Numbered from the whole stretch's first letter, positions 1 to 13,665 are shown. The stretch: 63,677 nt of DNA, filler included, from Kipferlia bialata (GCA_003568945.1; 6 parts of 6 records of this genome joined end to end with filler, not necessarily neighbours in it); one strand, 5' to 3'. Translations and numbers: made by a program. The notes: generated by a model from the sequence alone, not told the origin.

Positions 1-54
<54 letters not shown>

Positions 55-152
55 TCCATATTCCCACATGGCCTGGTCAGCCACTGGGGGGGTGAGGAAA
101 CAACCAGGAAGGGGGGGAGGGAGTATATACACACTCACACACACACACACAG

Positions 153-197
<45 letters not shown>

Positions 198-290
198 TCC
201 ATACACCCCGCACCCTTTGAGTCCTGGTGCTCCAGCAGTGTGGGGATAGATACACACATATATTGTTATATGTACATAGATATACCGCAC

Positions 291-1147
291 CCTTTGAGTC
301 CTGGTGCTGCAGCAGCGTGGGTATGTGGGACAGGATCCCGTGCTGCACCAGCCTCTGGGTGGGCCAGGCAGACGAGGTGCACGTCACGTTGGTCAGCACC
401 CACAGGGTGTCCCTGGCAGTGAGCATCAGAGGGAGTATATTACACACACAGAGATACTATACACTATCTAAGACAAAGATAGACTGTGTAGCCCTGACCT
501 AATGTCGTTGGAGTCTATCTGGGGGGTGCTCCCAGGGTGGAGGTGGCCGAGCACCATGGACACCATCACGTCATCAGCCGCAAAGGCCAGGGCAAATCCA
601 GCCTGGCGTGAGACAGAGCCAGGGCGACAATAGATACAGGTCAATTAGTGGCCTCAGTGTCCATACATGGAAATTGAGAGTACACTGAGAACTACGCTAC
701 TATTGACTACATACACTGTCCACAAACAACCCATATATCACCCCTGTACCGATACCTGGTTACTGTAGTACTTCAGGGACCTGACTGCAGAGGATACGGA
801 CTGCAGTGTGTTCTCCTTCAGCCACTTCATCACAGCATCGTAGTCTCCACCCTGGGGGTTAACAAGAGAGGTGTGCACATGATAATAATACCCCAAGACA
901 CTCAGATACGTACCAGTACGGAGTTGAGGTGTGGAATGTCATGAGGTCTCTCGACATGTTCAAAGTGGTTCTCCAAAATTGGAGCTGTAACTGGCTCCAC
1001 TGCCTCCACAAGACCATCACTGGTAATCCTCCTCTTCCTGTTCAACCGTGCCAGCCTATCACGCTTCCTGATGTCGACAGAGAACTGCACGGCCTTTCTA
1101 CGGCCAGAGGACACGTCCTCATGGCTCCTGACGGACCTATCGCTCAT
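291..1147 (-). CDS. Importin subunit alpha (karyopherin alpha), 5' part, multi-exon, truncated at contig start
   Basis: Exon 1 (1147-914) has an IBB-like segment RRKAVQFSVDIRKRDRLARLNRKRR. Spliced downstream exons give ARM-type text DTLWVLTNVTCTSSAWPTQRLVQHGILSHIPTLLQHQDSK, then a partial VADQAMW at ~60-83 (cf. VREQAVWALGN). GT-AG junctions keep the frame. Confidence 0.85.
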
Positions 1148-1182
1148 AATTAAGGTATATGCCGATCTTCTGGTAACTCTTC

Positions 1183-1222
1183 AGACTAGTGGGTCCTCCT
1201 AGACTAGTGGGTCCTCCTAGAC
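1183..1222. repeat. 18-bp direct tandem repeat AGACTAGTGGGTCCTCCT x2 in divergent intergenic region
   Basis: Identical copies at 1183-1200 and 1201-1218 plus a partial AGAC. Confidence 0.95.
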
Positions 1223-1471
1223 CTCGAGAAACAGGACGGAGAGTACGTTAGAGCTCGATACTCAGGTCTACCAAATTCCTAAAAATGTCTTGTGATTTGA
1301 ATAGGCTTAGTAGACTTGAAGCAAGAGTAAATTCGTTTTTCGAGGAAGGGGTCCAGGTGTAGTGACAGTAATTTGCGGAGCTGTGATCTTCACTCATTGA
1401 AACCATCACCCACCTATCCCACCAGAGCACCCTCTCTCAGTCACTAGTAGCCAGTATCCTCTGATTAAACC

Positions 1472-4400
1472 ATGGGTGCCGGATGTTCTGCCGCACAGGA
1501 TGTGGGCAGTCCCTCCCTTGCTGTCCAGGGTATACCCCATAACATACAGGTGGCCACCCCCATATCCCCAGCCTCCAATCCAATGTTCCCAGATGGGGCA
1601 GGGAAGATGACGTCGTCGCAGAGCAGTGTGTCCCAAGGAGGTAGGGGCGGGTCCCCCCTCGCCTCTGCCCAGCCCCCACCTGCTGGGGAGACAGACACCC
1701 CCACTCCTGCCGGTGTACTAGCCGCAGACACCCTATCAGTGGAGGAGAAGGCAGCTAGGCTCAAGGCAGCCAGGAAGGCCAAGGCCAAGAAGCCGAGCTC
1801 CCAGATACAGGCCGCCCTCCCCCCTCCGTCTGGTCCGACCCCCATGGCCAAGGGGGCAGTACCCAAGGCTAAGCATAAACCAGCCAACACAGGCCAGGGC
1901 GAGGGAATGTCAGCCGAGTGGAGGTTCAGGCGGCTGGACACGACTGTCAAGGAGCGCGTTGCCTCTCCCATCACTGTCCGCCCCACCAAGACCCCCACCT
2001 TCTCCCTGTCCTCCCCGTGCACTGTGTCCTCTACACTGACGGCAGAGGGAGGGGGGACAGACCCAGAGAAGCCGTCATTCTGGTCAAACCACATGTACAT
2101 GATAGAGGTAGGGGATGTGCTATTTATAGTTTACGAAGCCATTGTGCGAGTTACTCCTCTGATTGTACAGTTGTGTATGTATTATCACCTTCTATGTAAG
2201 CCCCCCACCCCAGGCCACCCCCTCTTCCACCGTGACTGTGCATGTGACCCAGCACCAGCAGTGGGGGGACAGGCAGGGCATCAGGCTGTTTGCATACGCC
2301 CACACCTCCACCACCCTGCCCTCCCCTGTATATGCAGAGTCACACGCCCTGCCACCCCCCTCTGCCCTGCTTGCCTCCACCCCATCCTCCATGAACCCCC
2401 TCTCCCTCCCCATCCCCATGCCCAAGAGAGATGAGGCATCCAGTGTGTTGTTGATAGTGGCCAGAAAGGAGGGGGGGGAGGCAGAGTACGAACTCTCTGT
2501 CACAGACCCTATGGTCACTATTACACACTACAAACTGCCCCCAATGGTGTCGAAGGTACGTACATGCAATGTTATATTCATGCATCTGTGCCATATTCAG
2601 TGTGGGAAAGATTCGGTTTGGCAGTGATATTGATACACTACCTTCTTTAGATTACCATCACGTCCCCCTCGATATCCCTCACCCTGTAGGCCAGTGCCCT
2701 CTCCCTCCCCATAGTGGGTGAGGCCGAGGGTGTGTGGGAGGGGATGTCAGCTGCTGGGCCTGGGTCCAACTGGAGAGACAACCCCACGCACCTGTTCTCT
2801 CTCAGTGCCCCACAGCTGGTGACCCTCACCTACACACGCTATGCCTCGCCCTTCGCCCCCTCCTCCCTCTACCTCTTCAGACTCCACCCCCACTCAGACC
2901 CCTTCCCAGAGGGGGCACTCGAGGACGAGGCGGGCCTGGTGCTCCACCTGGGCAGGTACCATTACATGTATATGTGTAACTACCCACATGTATATATGTA
3001 TCCATTATCATCCTCCCCTGACCCCCAGCAGCAGTGCTCCTGAGACCCACCGACTGTGGCTGCAGGGGGGTGACTACCGCATCGTGTGCATAGCCAAGGA
3101 GGCAGGTCTCTCAGCCAGGTTCGGTCTGTGCCTCAGGGCCCCTCTGCCCCTCTCTAGCCCTCTGGTGGAGAGGCCCAGGCCTGGCATGGGTGCTGTCCAC
3201 ACCTATCATGCCAATGGGACGTGGGAGGGGGGACTCTCTGGGGGAGACAGAGTGGAGGGAGACGCCTCCTGTGGGTTCTTCCGCAGTCCCACCTGGTCCT
3301 GGACGGCCAAGGGGTCAACCAAGGTCAATGCCACACTCTCTGTACCTGATGGTTCCCCCCGTGTCACCTGTCAGCTGTACATCTTGTCTGTCCCTGAGGG
3401 TGCAGAGCCATGTGTGTCCACTGCCGCTGTCTCTGGTGTGTCCAATGCCACGAGCATAGGCCTTGCCAGGCTCTCTGCCACACTGCATGCTGGGACACAC
3501 TACCTAGTGGCCAATACAGTGAGGCTGGGTGCCACCGGTAGGTACCAGCTCAAGGTGACGGCTGAGACAGAGGGAGAGTACACAGACCCCACCCCCGTCC
3601 CATCCACACACACCACGGCATTCCACCCCATACCCCCAATGCAGTACACAGGACCCGTGGCATGCTACAAGGGAGAGTGGACCGAGAGTGAGACAGAGTC
3701 TGCAGGGGAGAGGCTCACCCTCCGCAACTCCCTGCCCACCCCTGTGACTGTCAGGGCCTGTGTCCTGAGGGGCAAGGCCTTCAACACAGTCAGAGTGAGT
3801 GTGTATGCAGTGGTTAAGAGCGAGAGTGGGGTGGGTGAGGTCCTTGCTAGAGGCGCAGAGAGCTCCTTCCCCGGCCTCTCCTCCTGCGTCGTGTCCATCC
3901 CCCCCTCCTGTGCTGTGGTGGTTGATGCTGCCAACACAGGGGATGGGAAGGGCATGGCCAGAAGGGAAGGGGACTTCAGGTGCTGTGTACAGTTCAAGAC
4001 AAAGGCTGACAAGGACGGGGTGAGGGTCAGCAGGTCTGGATCCCTCGAGGGTCTGCCAGGTGAGACCCTGCCCTACCCCCAGCCCGTCTCTGCCCTTGTG
4101 ACCCACCCTGCTGTGGGTGATGTACTCAAGGGGGTCAAGGGGGAGATAGGGGTTGGCCTGGATATGGGTGTGGCCCCCCTCGCTGTGTATGGAGAGGATG
4201 CCTTTGCCATACTGACTGGAGGTGTGGGGGAGTATGTGCAGGACCAGTCGGAGGTCAGAGAGAGGTGAGTATGTTATGGTGTGTTCTCCCATGTTGAGAT
4301 ATATCAAGTGCATACTCAGTGTCTCACCCTATAGGTGGTGCCAGCGACTGAGGCAGCAGGCCAGGGAGGAGAGAGCACCTGCAGACACAGCCAGTGCAGT

Positions 4401-7055
4401 CGTGGCTGGGGTGGAGAGAGGGGCCCTCAGGCTCATGGTGCTAGGTACATAGTATATACTATACTATACTCACTGTACAACATAGTACCACAACCCCTAC
4501 CCTGACCCCAGGTGGAATTGGCGTGCTCTCCCCCTCCGAGGCCTCTCTCGGTGTGTACAGACCCCTCCTTCTCAACATGGTGCGGTGGGTGGGGGGTAAG
4601 GTGGAGGGGGACCACCAGTGTATGGTGGCAGGGGCGGTACCAAAGGTAGGGGGGTGTTCCTGCTGTATGTAATTGTATACTCATTGCTTGCTATATGGCA
4701 TGTCTCTGCCCCACCCTCACCCCCAGTCCCTCAAGGCATGTCTGTCTGCCAAGACATCCTTCTCCGCCAGTGTCAAGTCATCCCTAAAGAAGTGGGGGGT
4801 GCATGAGGGGGTGGTCCTGCTGGCCATGTCGCCCAAGGACGCACTCGACAGGTGGCACTATACATAAAGAATATATATTTATGATACGTACGACACTTCA
4901 ATTCTGACCCCCAGCAAGGTTCTCGCTGCCCTCTCCTCCCGTCTGTCTGCCTCCCTCCCTACTATACTGTGTGCCCCTTATATGGCCTGGAGTGCGGCAG
5001 AGACCACCAGACGCGGCACACCCCCCTTCCCCTTCACATTCCCTGTCAACAGGGTGCTGTCTGAGTACGGAGTAGCATACACAGCTGGCAGTGTGGCCCC
5101 TACCTCTGGTCCCCTAGACACAGACACCCTGGCCGCTGACCCCTCCTTCGACCCCACCTCCCACGAGGCATGGTACAAGGGGGCTAGGGCATCTACACCC
5201 ATGGGTCTGAGGGTAGAGAGGTCACTGCCTGCCCTAGCCCATGCGGCACACTGTCTCACCCAGCTGTCTACAGTGCTGGATGCACACACAGACACACGCA
5301 GCATGGAGAGCCTCGGTGCCACCCTCTCCCAGGCCATACTAGCTGTGGACCCTGCCTCAACCTATCTGCAGCGGGTTAAGGAGACACTAGGTGCAGGGGA
5401 GGTGCTGGTCAGTAAGGACACCCCTGTACCTAGATCCAACACCCTAGGCAGACTATCCCTATTGGTACAGGCAGCTGAGGCCAGGGGTGTGACACACCTG
5501 GCACAGACAGCTGTCACAGAGGGTGCAGAGGATGTACCCACACACTCTGAGGCACCGACAGCTGGGGTGTTCCCAGGGGGTGTAGGGGAGGCAGAGGGGG
5601 AGAGCAACATCATAGTCTCTCTGCCCATCCCGGCCTATCCCTGTAGGTACAACAGGGCAGAGGCAGGGACACCCGGTAAGGGTAAGGGTAGACCCACCAA
5701 GTCCAGGAGCCCAGTCAAGTGCTGGCTGTCGACCGGTCTCTATGTCCCTGCTGGTGTGTGTGTAACTGTCACTCTGCCCCAGTGGGTGGTGGATGCAGGT
5801 GGTACATCCAAGCACCCCCACAAGGACTGTGTCTCTGTGAGGGTGGGGTGCCATCCCGATGATATGTACCACACACAGACCAAGGACATGCACAGGTAAT
5901 GGTAATAACATCTGTGGATATAGCGGTGTTGTGTGATATACATGTCTCACCCCCAGGTTCCCTCTGGACCTGTGCACTGTCACATTCCCAGGCCCCTCTC
6001 GCAAGGTTACCGTCTCCTCTCCATTTGGCGGCCCTCTCTACCTCGCCCTCCCCCCCACCCCCTCCCCGGCCTTCCTCTCCAAGTGCACACAGACCATGGA
6101 CGTGTCAGTGTCTGGGGCCATCCAGATGCCCACCTTCACCCCGGCCCAACCCACCTCCTCCCCCTCCCCCAAGGCAGGGGTCTGGTCGGTCTCCCTCACG
6201 CACGGCCCACCCATAGCTGAGCTGGTGGGTAGTAGGTGCATCATCACTGCCCCTGTCCACAAGCTGGCAGAGGTGGACGTGTCCATGCTGTTATTGACCC
6301 TGGACTCTGCAATAGGGGGTCAGGAGGGGTTAATGGCTAGGCGTATGTGTGAGGGTGGGTGGAACAGACCCGAGAGAGTGGTCTTTGACCTGGACACTGT
6401 TGTGGGTGTTGCACATGCTGGGTACCCCATCGTGGCGCAGTACCCTGTCCTCTCTGCCCTCCAGTCACCAGACGCGATGGTAGCATCTGCCATCCCACAC
6501 GAGCTGGGCCACAACATACAGCACCCAGTCATATCCTGGCTGGGTATGGTGGAGGGAGGGGCAGAGCTCATGCGTACATACACCATGGACACTCTGGGAG
6601 CGGCAGTCACTGCTGCCAAGAGAGGCTTTGGCGGCCTAGGTGCAGAGACTGAGAGGCAGTGGCTGGCCTCTGACTACGCGATGAGGGCGGTTAAGCTAGC
6701 CTGCATGGCCCTGTCTGACTCTGCCTCCCCCACCCCCTACAGGGAGAGCACCTTTCTGGCTGACACACACCTGGGCCTGGGTCTGCTGCTGATGCTGCAG
6801 AGGGACTACGGCTGGGGGTACTTCACAAGGCTGGTCAGGGCCGTGGCTGCGGCAGAGGCTGAGCCTGGCACCCCCACTCTGCATGGTGCAGATGCCTTCT
6901 GTGTGCATGGGTCTACAGTGGCAGGGGTGTCCATCCTGCCTGTGCTGGAGGGTGTGGGTGTGCATGTCAGTCAGGGTGCCAAGGATGCAGTCAAGGGGAT
7001 GGGACTCGAGGAGTGGTCACCCTCCATGTATCAGGATGACGCATGGACAAAGTGA
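1472..7055 (+). CDS. Putative N-myristoylated/palmitoylated protein: 3-4 calpain domain-III-like repeats fused to a TCAF/FAM115-like M60 zinc metallopeptidase (9 exons, ~1642 aa)
   Basis: Exons 1472-2107, 2214-2555, 2690-2955, 3029-4264, 4335-4444, 4512-4645, 4727-4851, 4915-5895, 5957-7055 join in frame (4929 nt). N-terminus MGAGCS. Calpain-III-like motifs: GGGTDPEKPSFWSNHMY, GVWEGMSAAG..WRDNPTH, NGTWEGG..FFRSPTW, LHAGTHYLVANT..GATGRYQLKV. TCAF-like motifs: PLAVYGEDAFAIL, PLLLNMVRW, FTFPVNRV, WLSTGLYVPAG, VRVGCHPDD, SSPFGGPLYL, HAGYPI, HELGH..E. Confidence 0.85.
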
Positions 7056-7719
7056 TTGACAGTATGAGACAGTGTGTGTGTGTGTGTTGTATACTATGTT
7101 CTCTGTATCTATTCGTGTGTAGTGTGCTATGCGTGTGTTGTCAAGTGGTCTGCATGTCTTCCCATGTGGGGAAGGATGGTATTAGCTAACTAATAGAACC
7201 ACTAAGACATGTGAGTCTCTCTCTGTCGTCACCCACTGAAGCATTCCTCTATCGGAGGTATTACCCCCAATTCTCGTGTTGGAATGCGCATGACCAGTGT
7301 CCAAACAGACACAGGGTATCCTGATGCAGTCTGGTGTGGTATGTTCAACCACATGTTTAGACCGGACTTGTGTCACTGGAAGCACCTTGGAACGATCAAC
7401 ACCATCAATTGCCACTTCGCAAAGAGACCAACTAAGGAAACTGCAACTTGTGCCTCAGAACTAAAGCGGACAAAGCGTATCGTGGCGAGACTGATGTCTT
7501 CTCTGAGACTCCCAATCAGAATCGGATATCTGCGAGATAGACACTTGCATCTACCCAATAGGGTTTCCTGATACGACGCTACACTTGCATGGTTCTCTGT
7601 CAGAGTTAGGGGAGTCTTCACGCTCACCGGGTGGAACGGCGCTAGGTTACAAGATCTGGCAGCACATACTGTACTGACAACGTACTAACTGTACAATGAT
7701 CCAGCTACTCATGTCGGGC

Positions 7720-10700
7720 TCAGGAGACCTCTCCTATGGTAGCATAGCCCCCCTCCCCCCCCTCACTGTCTGACCCATCATAGAACACTGGCACCCCCTC
7801 TCCCAGTACATCATAGGTCGATGTGTACCTCTCCCAGTCTGTGTCAGTCTCTCCCATTGGTGAGTATCCTCTGACCCTATCCTCCAGGGTGGGTAAGGTA
7901 CCACACACATCCAGCACAGGTGGGGGCATGGGTAGTGGGGACACGGCACCCACCTTGGAGAGTGCTGCTATCTCAGCAGACACCTCCCCCCTGTCTCCCT
8001 CTCTCTTAGGTAGTGCCAGACCCAGGGTAACAGGCAGGTCACGGTAGGCATTGTTGGAGTTGGCCCTGGGGGTGTTAGGCATGGTAGAGGCCATGCACTA
8101 TCTACACAATACCCTTCCTTCATCTCCATACCTTAGGAACAGGTCGAACAGCTCCTGTCCCGGCATCTCCTCCTGTGTCATGTCCCCCCCACTCCCTCTG
8201 AACTGCACCCTCCTGGCATACCTATGGCTGATGGTGTGCAGGGTGCCGTGGGAGCCTGGGGGATAAGAAAATGGGTAATTCATCGCTATACATACACAAA
8301 CCAACAATACAACACACAACACATGGTGCCATAGGAGCCTAGGGTTATCAGTATACAACTATTATACACTGTAACGACACACTGCCAATATAGAAACTGG
8401 ATATCATGTGCACGGTTCCGGGGGTCACATATATATCATTACACCCAAGTATGCTCTATACCACATTGTACAGTGAGGTTATGTATATATCCATCAGATG
8501 GAACCCACCCCCGACTGCCATGGATGCCCTGAGCACAGACTCCAGGCTGTCACGGGTGGCAGGTCTGGGGGTGAGGTCTCACGATACATCGTCACTGTCT
8601 GTGCGTATTGCTATAACAATGACCTACTGGGCTAGTATCAAAACAGTATACATACAATTGTTCCCCCGCCTGTTTGTCCTGACCTACTATTATAACAATG
8701 TATACATACCACACATCGAACCTGTCTGTCCTGACTGGTATGGGCACCATGGCCGATATCCCCAGGGGGTCACACAGAGAGGGGGGCCTGGGGTGGGAGA
8801 GACACACAACAATAGAAGACATGGTATCTACGAGACTAGCAGTCTCTGTCTGTACCTACTCCCCGCTGTCTGTGCACTGTCCATGGGCACTGACCCATAC
8901 TGCACTAGGTCGGAGGGGCAGATGGTACACGTCCTGGGCATCAGAGCCATGACTGGTACGTGTACAGGGGTTGACGACAGGAGTACATAGTACTGATGTG
9001 ATGATACTGGTACCTAGCAGATGCCGGCCCCGCTGCCCCCTCAGGTGGACATGATGTGTGCAGGGCGTCCTCCTGTTGGGCAGTCATGTCCCAGAGGGGT
9101 GTGGAGACAGGGGCTGAGACAGGTAAGGGGGCACCCCATGCGTCTGTGGGGTAGGGCTGAGGGGAGACACTCTCTGACACTGTAGACTCAGTGGTATGGG
9201 TGTCATAGGAGGGTATGGGAGGGGACACCTCACTCTGGGTATCGTCCTTGCCTAGCCACTCTCTCCCTCTCTCCACCCCTCTCCCTATGTCCCTCCTCAG
9301 TGACTCTAGACTCCACCTCTCCTCGGGGGGTAGCTGGTCATCGCCAACTCCTGGGGTTGGTGCAGGTTGAGGCATATCGACACTACCAAGACTATATATT
9401 ACAGGCCCATATACATCCCCACCTGTGACTATGTCCAGTGCACACTGTCTGTGTGCATCGGTGAGTGTGTTTGAGATGTATCTATGCACAGACGTGATGG
9501 CACGCACAGGGGCAGACACACGCATGATACCAGCCTGCAATGTGAGGCATCATTCTACATAGATGTATACACGCATACACTCAAACACACCTTGTCCCCG
9601 TGTGCATTGAGACATCACTGTACACTGTACATAGATATGCACAGTGTAATTACCCCCTCTCACCTTGTCCCCGTGTGCATTGCTACCCCCATACTGCAGC
9701 CCCACACTGTTCCCTGCCTCTATCAGCATAGTGAGCACACTCAGCCTCAGCTCACTCTCCTCATGGGGACATGCCAGGCCCAGACACTCCATCTGGTGGC
9801 CAAAGGCTGCAGCCAACACCCTGCCCTGCATCGCATTGGTCCTGACATGAGGGGTATGCAAGTACAGTATACAATGTATACTATACATACAGTAGACTAC
9901 TACTACTCACCTATCGATGCAGTCTATACAGTTCACCCTGACTATGCCTGTCTGTCTAGAGGACACGTGGAGAACGGGGGTAGGGTGTGTACTACCCCCA
10001 TTACTACAATGCTGTGTGGTACCCAGGGTGGCTGAGAATACACCTGTGGGGACGAAGAAGGCGCTGGCCTGATGTTAAGGACAAGAGTCACAAGAGAGAT
10101 CCTAAGACAATACCCCACCTGACTAGTGAGTGTCTGAGCTGCCACTCCCCTCCCCCTCTCTCTCTTGGCCAGGGCTGAGTAGTCAATGTGCACATAGGAG
10201 ACAGGGAGACCTGGTCCCTTGGCAGGAGAGACACCTTCCTCCGTCCCTCTGTCTATATCTGTGAGGGGGTGGGTGTACCCAGCAGACAGCACAGCTATCT
10301 ATGGGGTTAGGGGGTTAAATAACCAGAGAATATAGGTCTACCAGAGTAGACGCTACGGTATGCCACCCACCTTGTATGCCGTGGACAGAGGCTGTTCCCT
10401 GCCATTGGCCTTGCATAGATCCAGACACAGAGTGGAGCCATAGCGGAGGGTCAGGGCTGGGGTCAGTCAGGAAACAGCAACTCAGAGTTAGAACGAGGCT
10501 CATAAACGCACCCTTCAAGTGTCTTCTGCACAGATCGAGACTGGGTTGCACTGGTCCTATCACTATGGCAGGCCTAACCGTGGTGAGGGAAGATGGCTCC
10601 TGGTGCCACCTCAGGGGGATACTGCCCCTTAAGGAGTCAGAGGCAGAGTGTGAAACTACACGATAGTTACACAGTGTAATACACTAGCCTACCTGCATAT

Positions 10701-12132
10701 GACGAAGGATGTGACCTTCCCCCCCGTCTGCAGTATCTGCTCCCCCTCCACATAGTTGGCGCACTGGGCAGAGAGAGACAGACCCCTCTTGTGGAACCTA
10801 GGACCCACGTAGTGTCTACTCCTTCTATACACCAGGGTGACTGTCAAGGGGTGCACGGCCTCTGTGGCATAGCACCGCTGGGAGAAGTGGCCGAAGGCAG
10901 CGAAGCAGAAGGGGCGGGGGTCCGTGAAGAAGGCTGGGGGTCAGATACACTTATTATATACATGAACAGATATCACAACAAACACCCCACCTGCTGCATT
11001 GAGCAGAGCTGCCTTGTTCCACAGGCATGTGTCATCATGGCCCAGAATGGCAGTCCTATGCATAAGATATATTGTAAGATGACTAGATACTATGTATAAG
11101 CTGATAGTATGACCCTGCTCCTGCTACCTGAGCGACACCCCATGGACCAGATACCCACAGCATGATAAGGCCACCCCAGCCTCGGGCAGGGCATGGTCTC
11201 TGTCAGTATCCAGGGCATGATCACCCAGCACCCCCCTCTGCACACCCCTGGTGACATCGAGGGTGGGGCTGTAGAAGGCACCGGAGGGGAGCGCAGACAG
11301 CATCGAGATGTACCTGGGGTCAGCTGAAAAGAGGGAGGATAGATATGCTGATTGACCGTACTTTCTGAGGAGTGTCCTCTCTCTGAGTGGGACAGCCCTC
11401 TCCACATAGAGGGGCACCACCTCTATGCCATCCACATGGAACACCCTGGAGCCTAGGAGGACACCCGCATGGGACCTGGGAGTGGGGAGAAGAGATAGAG
11501 AGAGATAGTGGTAGGATAGTTTCTATCATATTGAAACTATTATGCAGTAGTTGGTGATTGGTACCTGTCTGTGACCACTAGCAGTGCATGGTACCCCCTG
11601 GGTAGGGATATGACACCCATCAGAGCATGGCCCTGGGTGAGGAGACGGAGGCCTGGGATGAGGGGGAGGTGGGTGAAGAATGGAGTTGTTACTCTGTGGC
11701 GAGAGAACAAAACGAAAAACACTCTAAATTAGTGTACGTAAACGATCCACGTGGTATACCAGAGTGGAGAGAGAAGAGAGGTGTTGCACTATCCGTGAAC
11801 ACAGAATACACCATACCTTGTACGACCCCGACCATGTCAGCCCAGTACTCCTGGTATGTGGAGAGGGGCATGTCCTCAGATACAGTGACAGCCACACCCA
11901 CCCCAGCACCCTTGAGAGAGAGACCCCCCTTGGCAGAGAGGGCGCCTGCCCTGGAGGTATCCCTCAGGGACACTGTGGTGTGGCTATGGGTGGCAGGGGG
12001 GGAGGCAGCCGACACGCCACCTGGGGCATCAGAAGCACCACCCTCAGCACCCACCCCGTGCACCCTTCCCCCTCCATGCACACATGCTATGTGGAGGTGG
12101 GTGGGGGTGCAGTACACTCTGACGCTCTGCAT
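7720..12132 (-). CDS. FIG4: SAC-domain phosphoinositide phosphatase, FIG4/Sac3-like, multi-exon
   Basis: Spliced exons give LMGVISLPRGYHALLVVT, FYSPTLDVT, LVYRRSRHYVGPRFHKRG..ANYVEGEQIL..SFVICRGSIPLRW and catalytic QTGIVRVNCIDCIDR|TN (CX5RT, ~9955-9835). LQYGGS and RYISNTLTDAHRQ are FIG4-type. The start ATG at 12132 and the small C-terminal exons are less certain. Confidence 0.8.
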
Positions 12133-12185
12133 GAGGGACAGAGACTAAGGGGGGGGGGGGGGGGGGGGAAACACACACCGGGCTT

Positions 12186-12285
12186 NNNNNNNNNNNNNNN
12201 NNNNNNNNNNNNNNNNNNNNNNNNNNNNNTTAATTAATTAANNNNNNNNNNNNNNNNNNNNNNNNNNNNNNNNNNNNNNNNNNNN
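12186..12285. other. Artificial contig linker N44-TTAATTAATTAA-N44
   Basis: Identical 100-bp spacer with stops in all six frames, recurring at five positions; contig lengths descend (12185, 12181, 12180, 12177, 12168). Confidence 0.99.
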
Positions 12286-13634
12286 ACCTACCCCCTGCCC
12301 CCCACGCACTGCTGCAGAGGGGGGTGGCAACGCAGGTATGGTTGTATGTATATTTATATGTAGTATGTCTGTCAGGTGTAGTATGTGTAACGTTTATGAG
12401 ATTATGAATTTTTGTGTACCTATCCTCACACTAGGTTGAGTGCCTTGCCGCCGACTCCCGGGGTGGACTGGTCAGACACCAGATTGGGAAGAGCGTGAAC
12501 TCAAGGGCAATCCTCGCAGACACTAAGGTAGATATCAAATTATTCCATCATTTCTTGATAATTCTTTATTGCTCAGATTAACGACTTGACATCATTCCTC
12601 GTATCTCATGTATTTAATCTAATTGTTAAATTCATTGAATGATAAGGTATGATTGTAAAATATTGTTTATAACTCTAGGACAAGGCCCTCTCCCCCGTGT
12701 TGTCTCTGGCCACCATGATTGTGGCCAAGACCCCCACCCTCCTACCATGGGGTGGGTTGACAATGGGGCAGGAGACAGTAGGTGTGTAAGTCTATGTTTA
12801 CATTAGTTAATATACATATACATACATATACATATATACATATATTTACACCTAACCCTTCAGCCATGGGCATGCTCCTGGCTGTCTCTAAGCTCCACGA
12901 GGTGCTGGTCCTGTCCATGCAGCAGGTAAATATATATATATATATATACTATGTACAATGATATATAGTATATAATTATATATAAAGTGTGTATTAATAG
13001 TGTATGTCCATGAGGTGCTGGTTCTGTCCATGCAGCAGGTATTATTTACACATTTATGAAATTTTATAATATATAATATATACTCTATAGTATATACTCT
13101 ACATAGGAATTTTGTGTGAAGTGTGGACAGTCTCATATGGTTATGTATGTTCTTGATGTACTGGTCCTGTCCATGCAGCAGGCATCCATATATATAGAGA
13201 GTATAATGATGTATGTGTATTGATACTCTATACCTTCTACATTATCTATATGTACCTGTATACCCCTCTATCTTACCCCCAGGGCCGTGGCGAGAAGATG
13301 CTAGCCAACATCCCCAGACCTATCAAGAAGGCAGAGGGAGAGGGAGAGGGAGAGGGAGAGAGAGCAGAGCCAGCCAGCACAAGCTGTAGTGTCGCATGGA
13401 GACCCAACACTAAGCCATTGCACGAGCAGCACTCAGGTATATATTTATATATATATACACATACCCTTATCTCGCGTTCTGTAGGAACATACCTTATCTC
13501 GCAGGCTCCCAGACCCTCGCTGTCTCCTGGGGCGACTCCATCCGTGTGTATGCCCTGCTGCAGAACAGTGGCATGGCATCGCCAGATGCTGAGAGACCGG
13601 CACAGATGCAGGTGTGTATATAGGATATACATAT

Positions 13635-13665
<31 letters not shown>

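Noticed and set aside
2641..2689. In-frame stop implying a split or pseudogene if the TTTAG acceptor at 2650 is used
   Set aside because: The downstream CTCACCCTGTAG acceptor at 2689 fits the consensus and restores the frame.
1465..6965. Long antisense or alternate-frame ORFs (e.g. 1465-2100, 3504-4313, 5459-6004; also 27038-27829)
   Set aside because: They are shadows of GC-rich coding exons with no motifs of their own.
7197..7700. Unique-looking spacer with short ORFs between convergent genes
   Set aside because: No recognisable motif, consistent splice model or terminal repeats.
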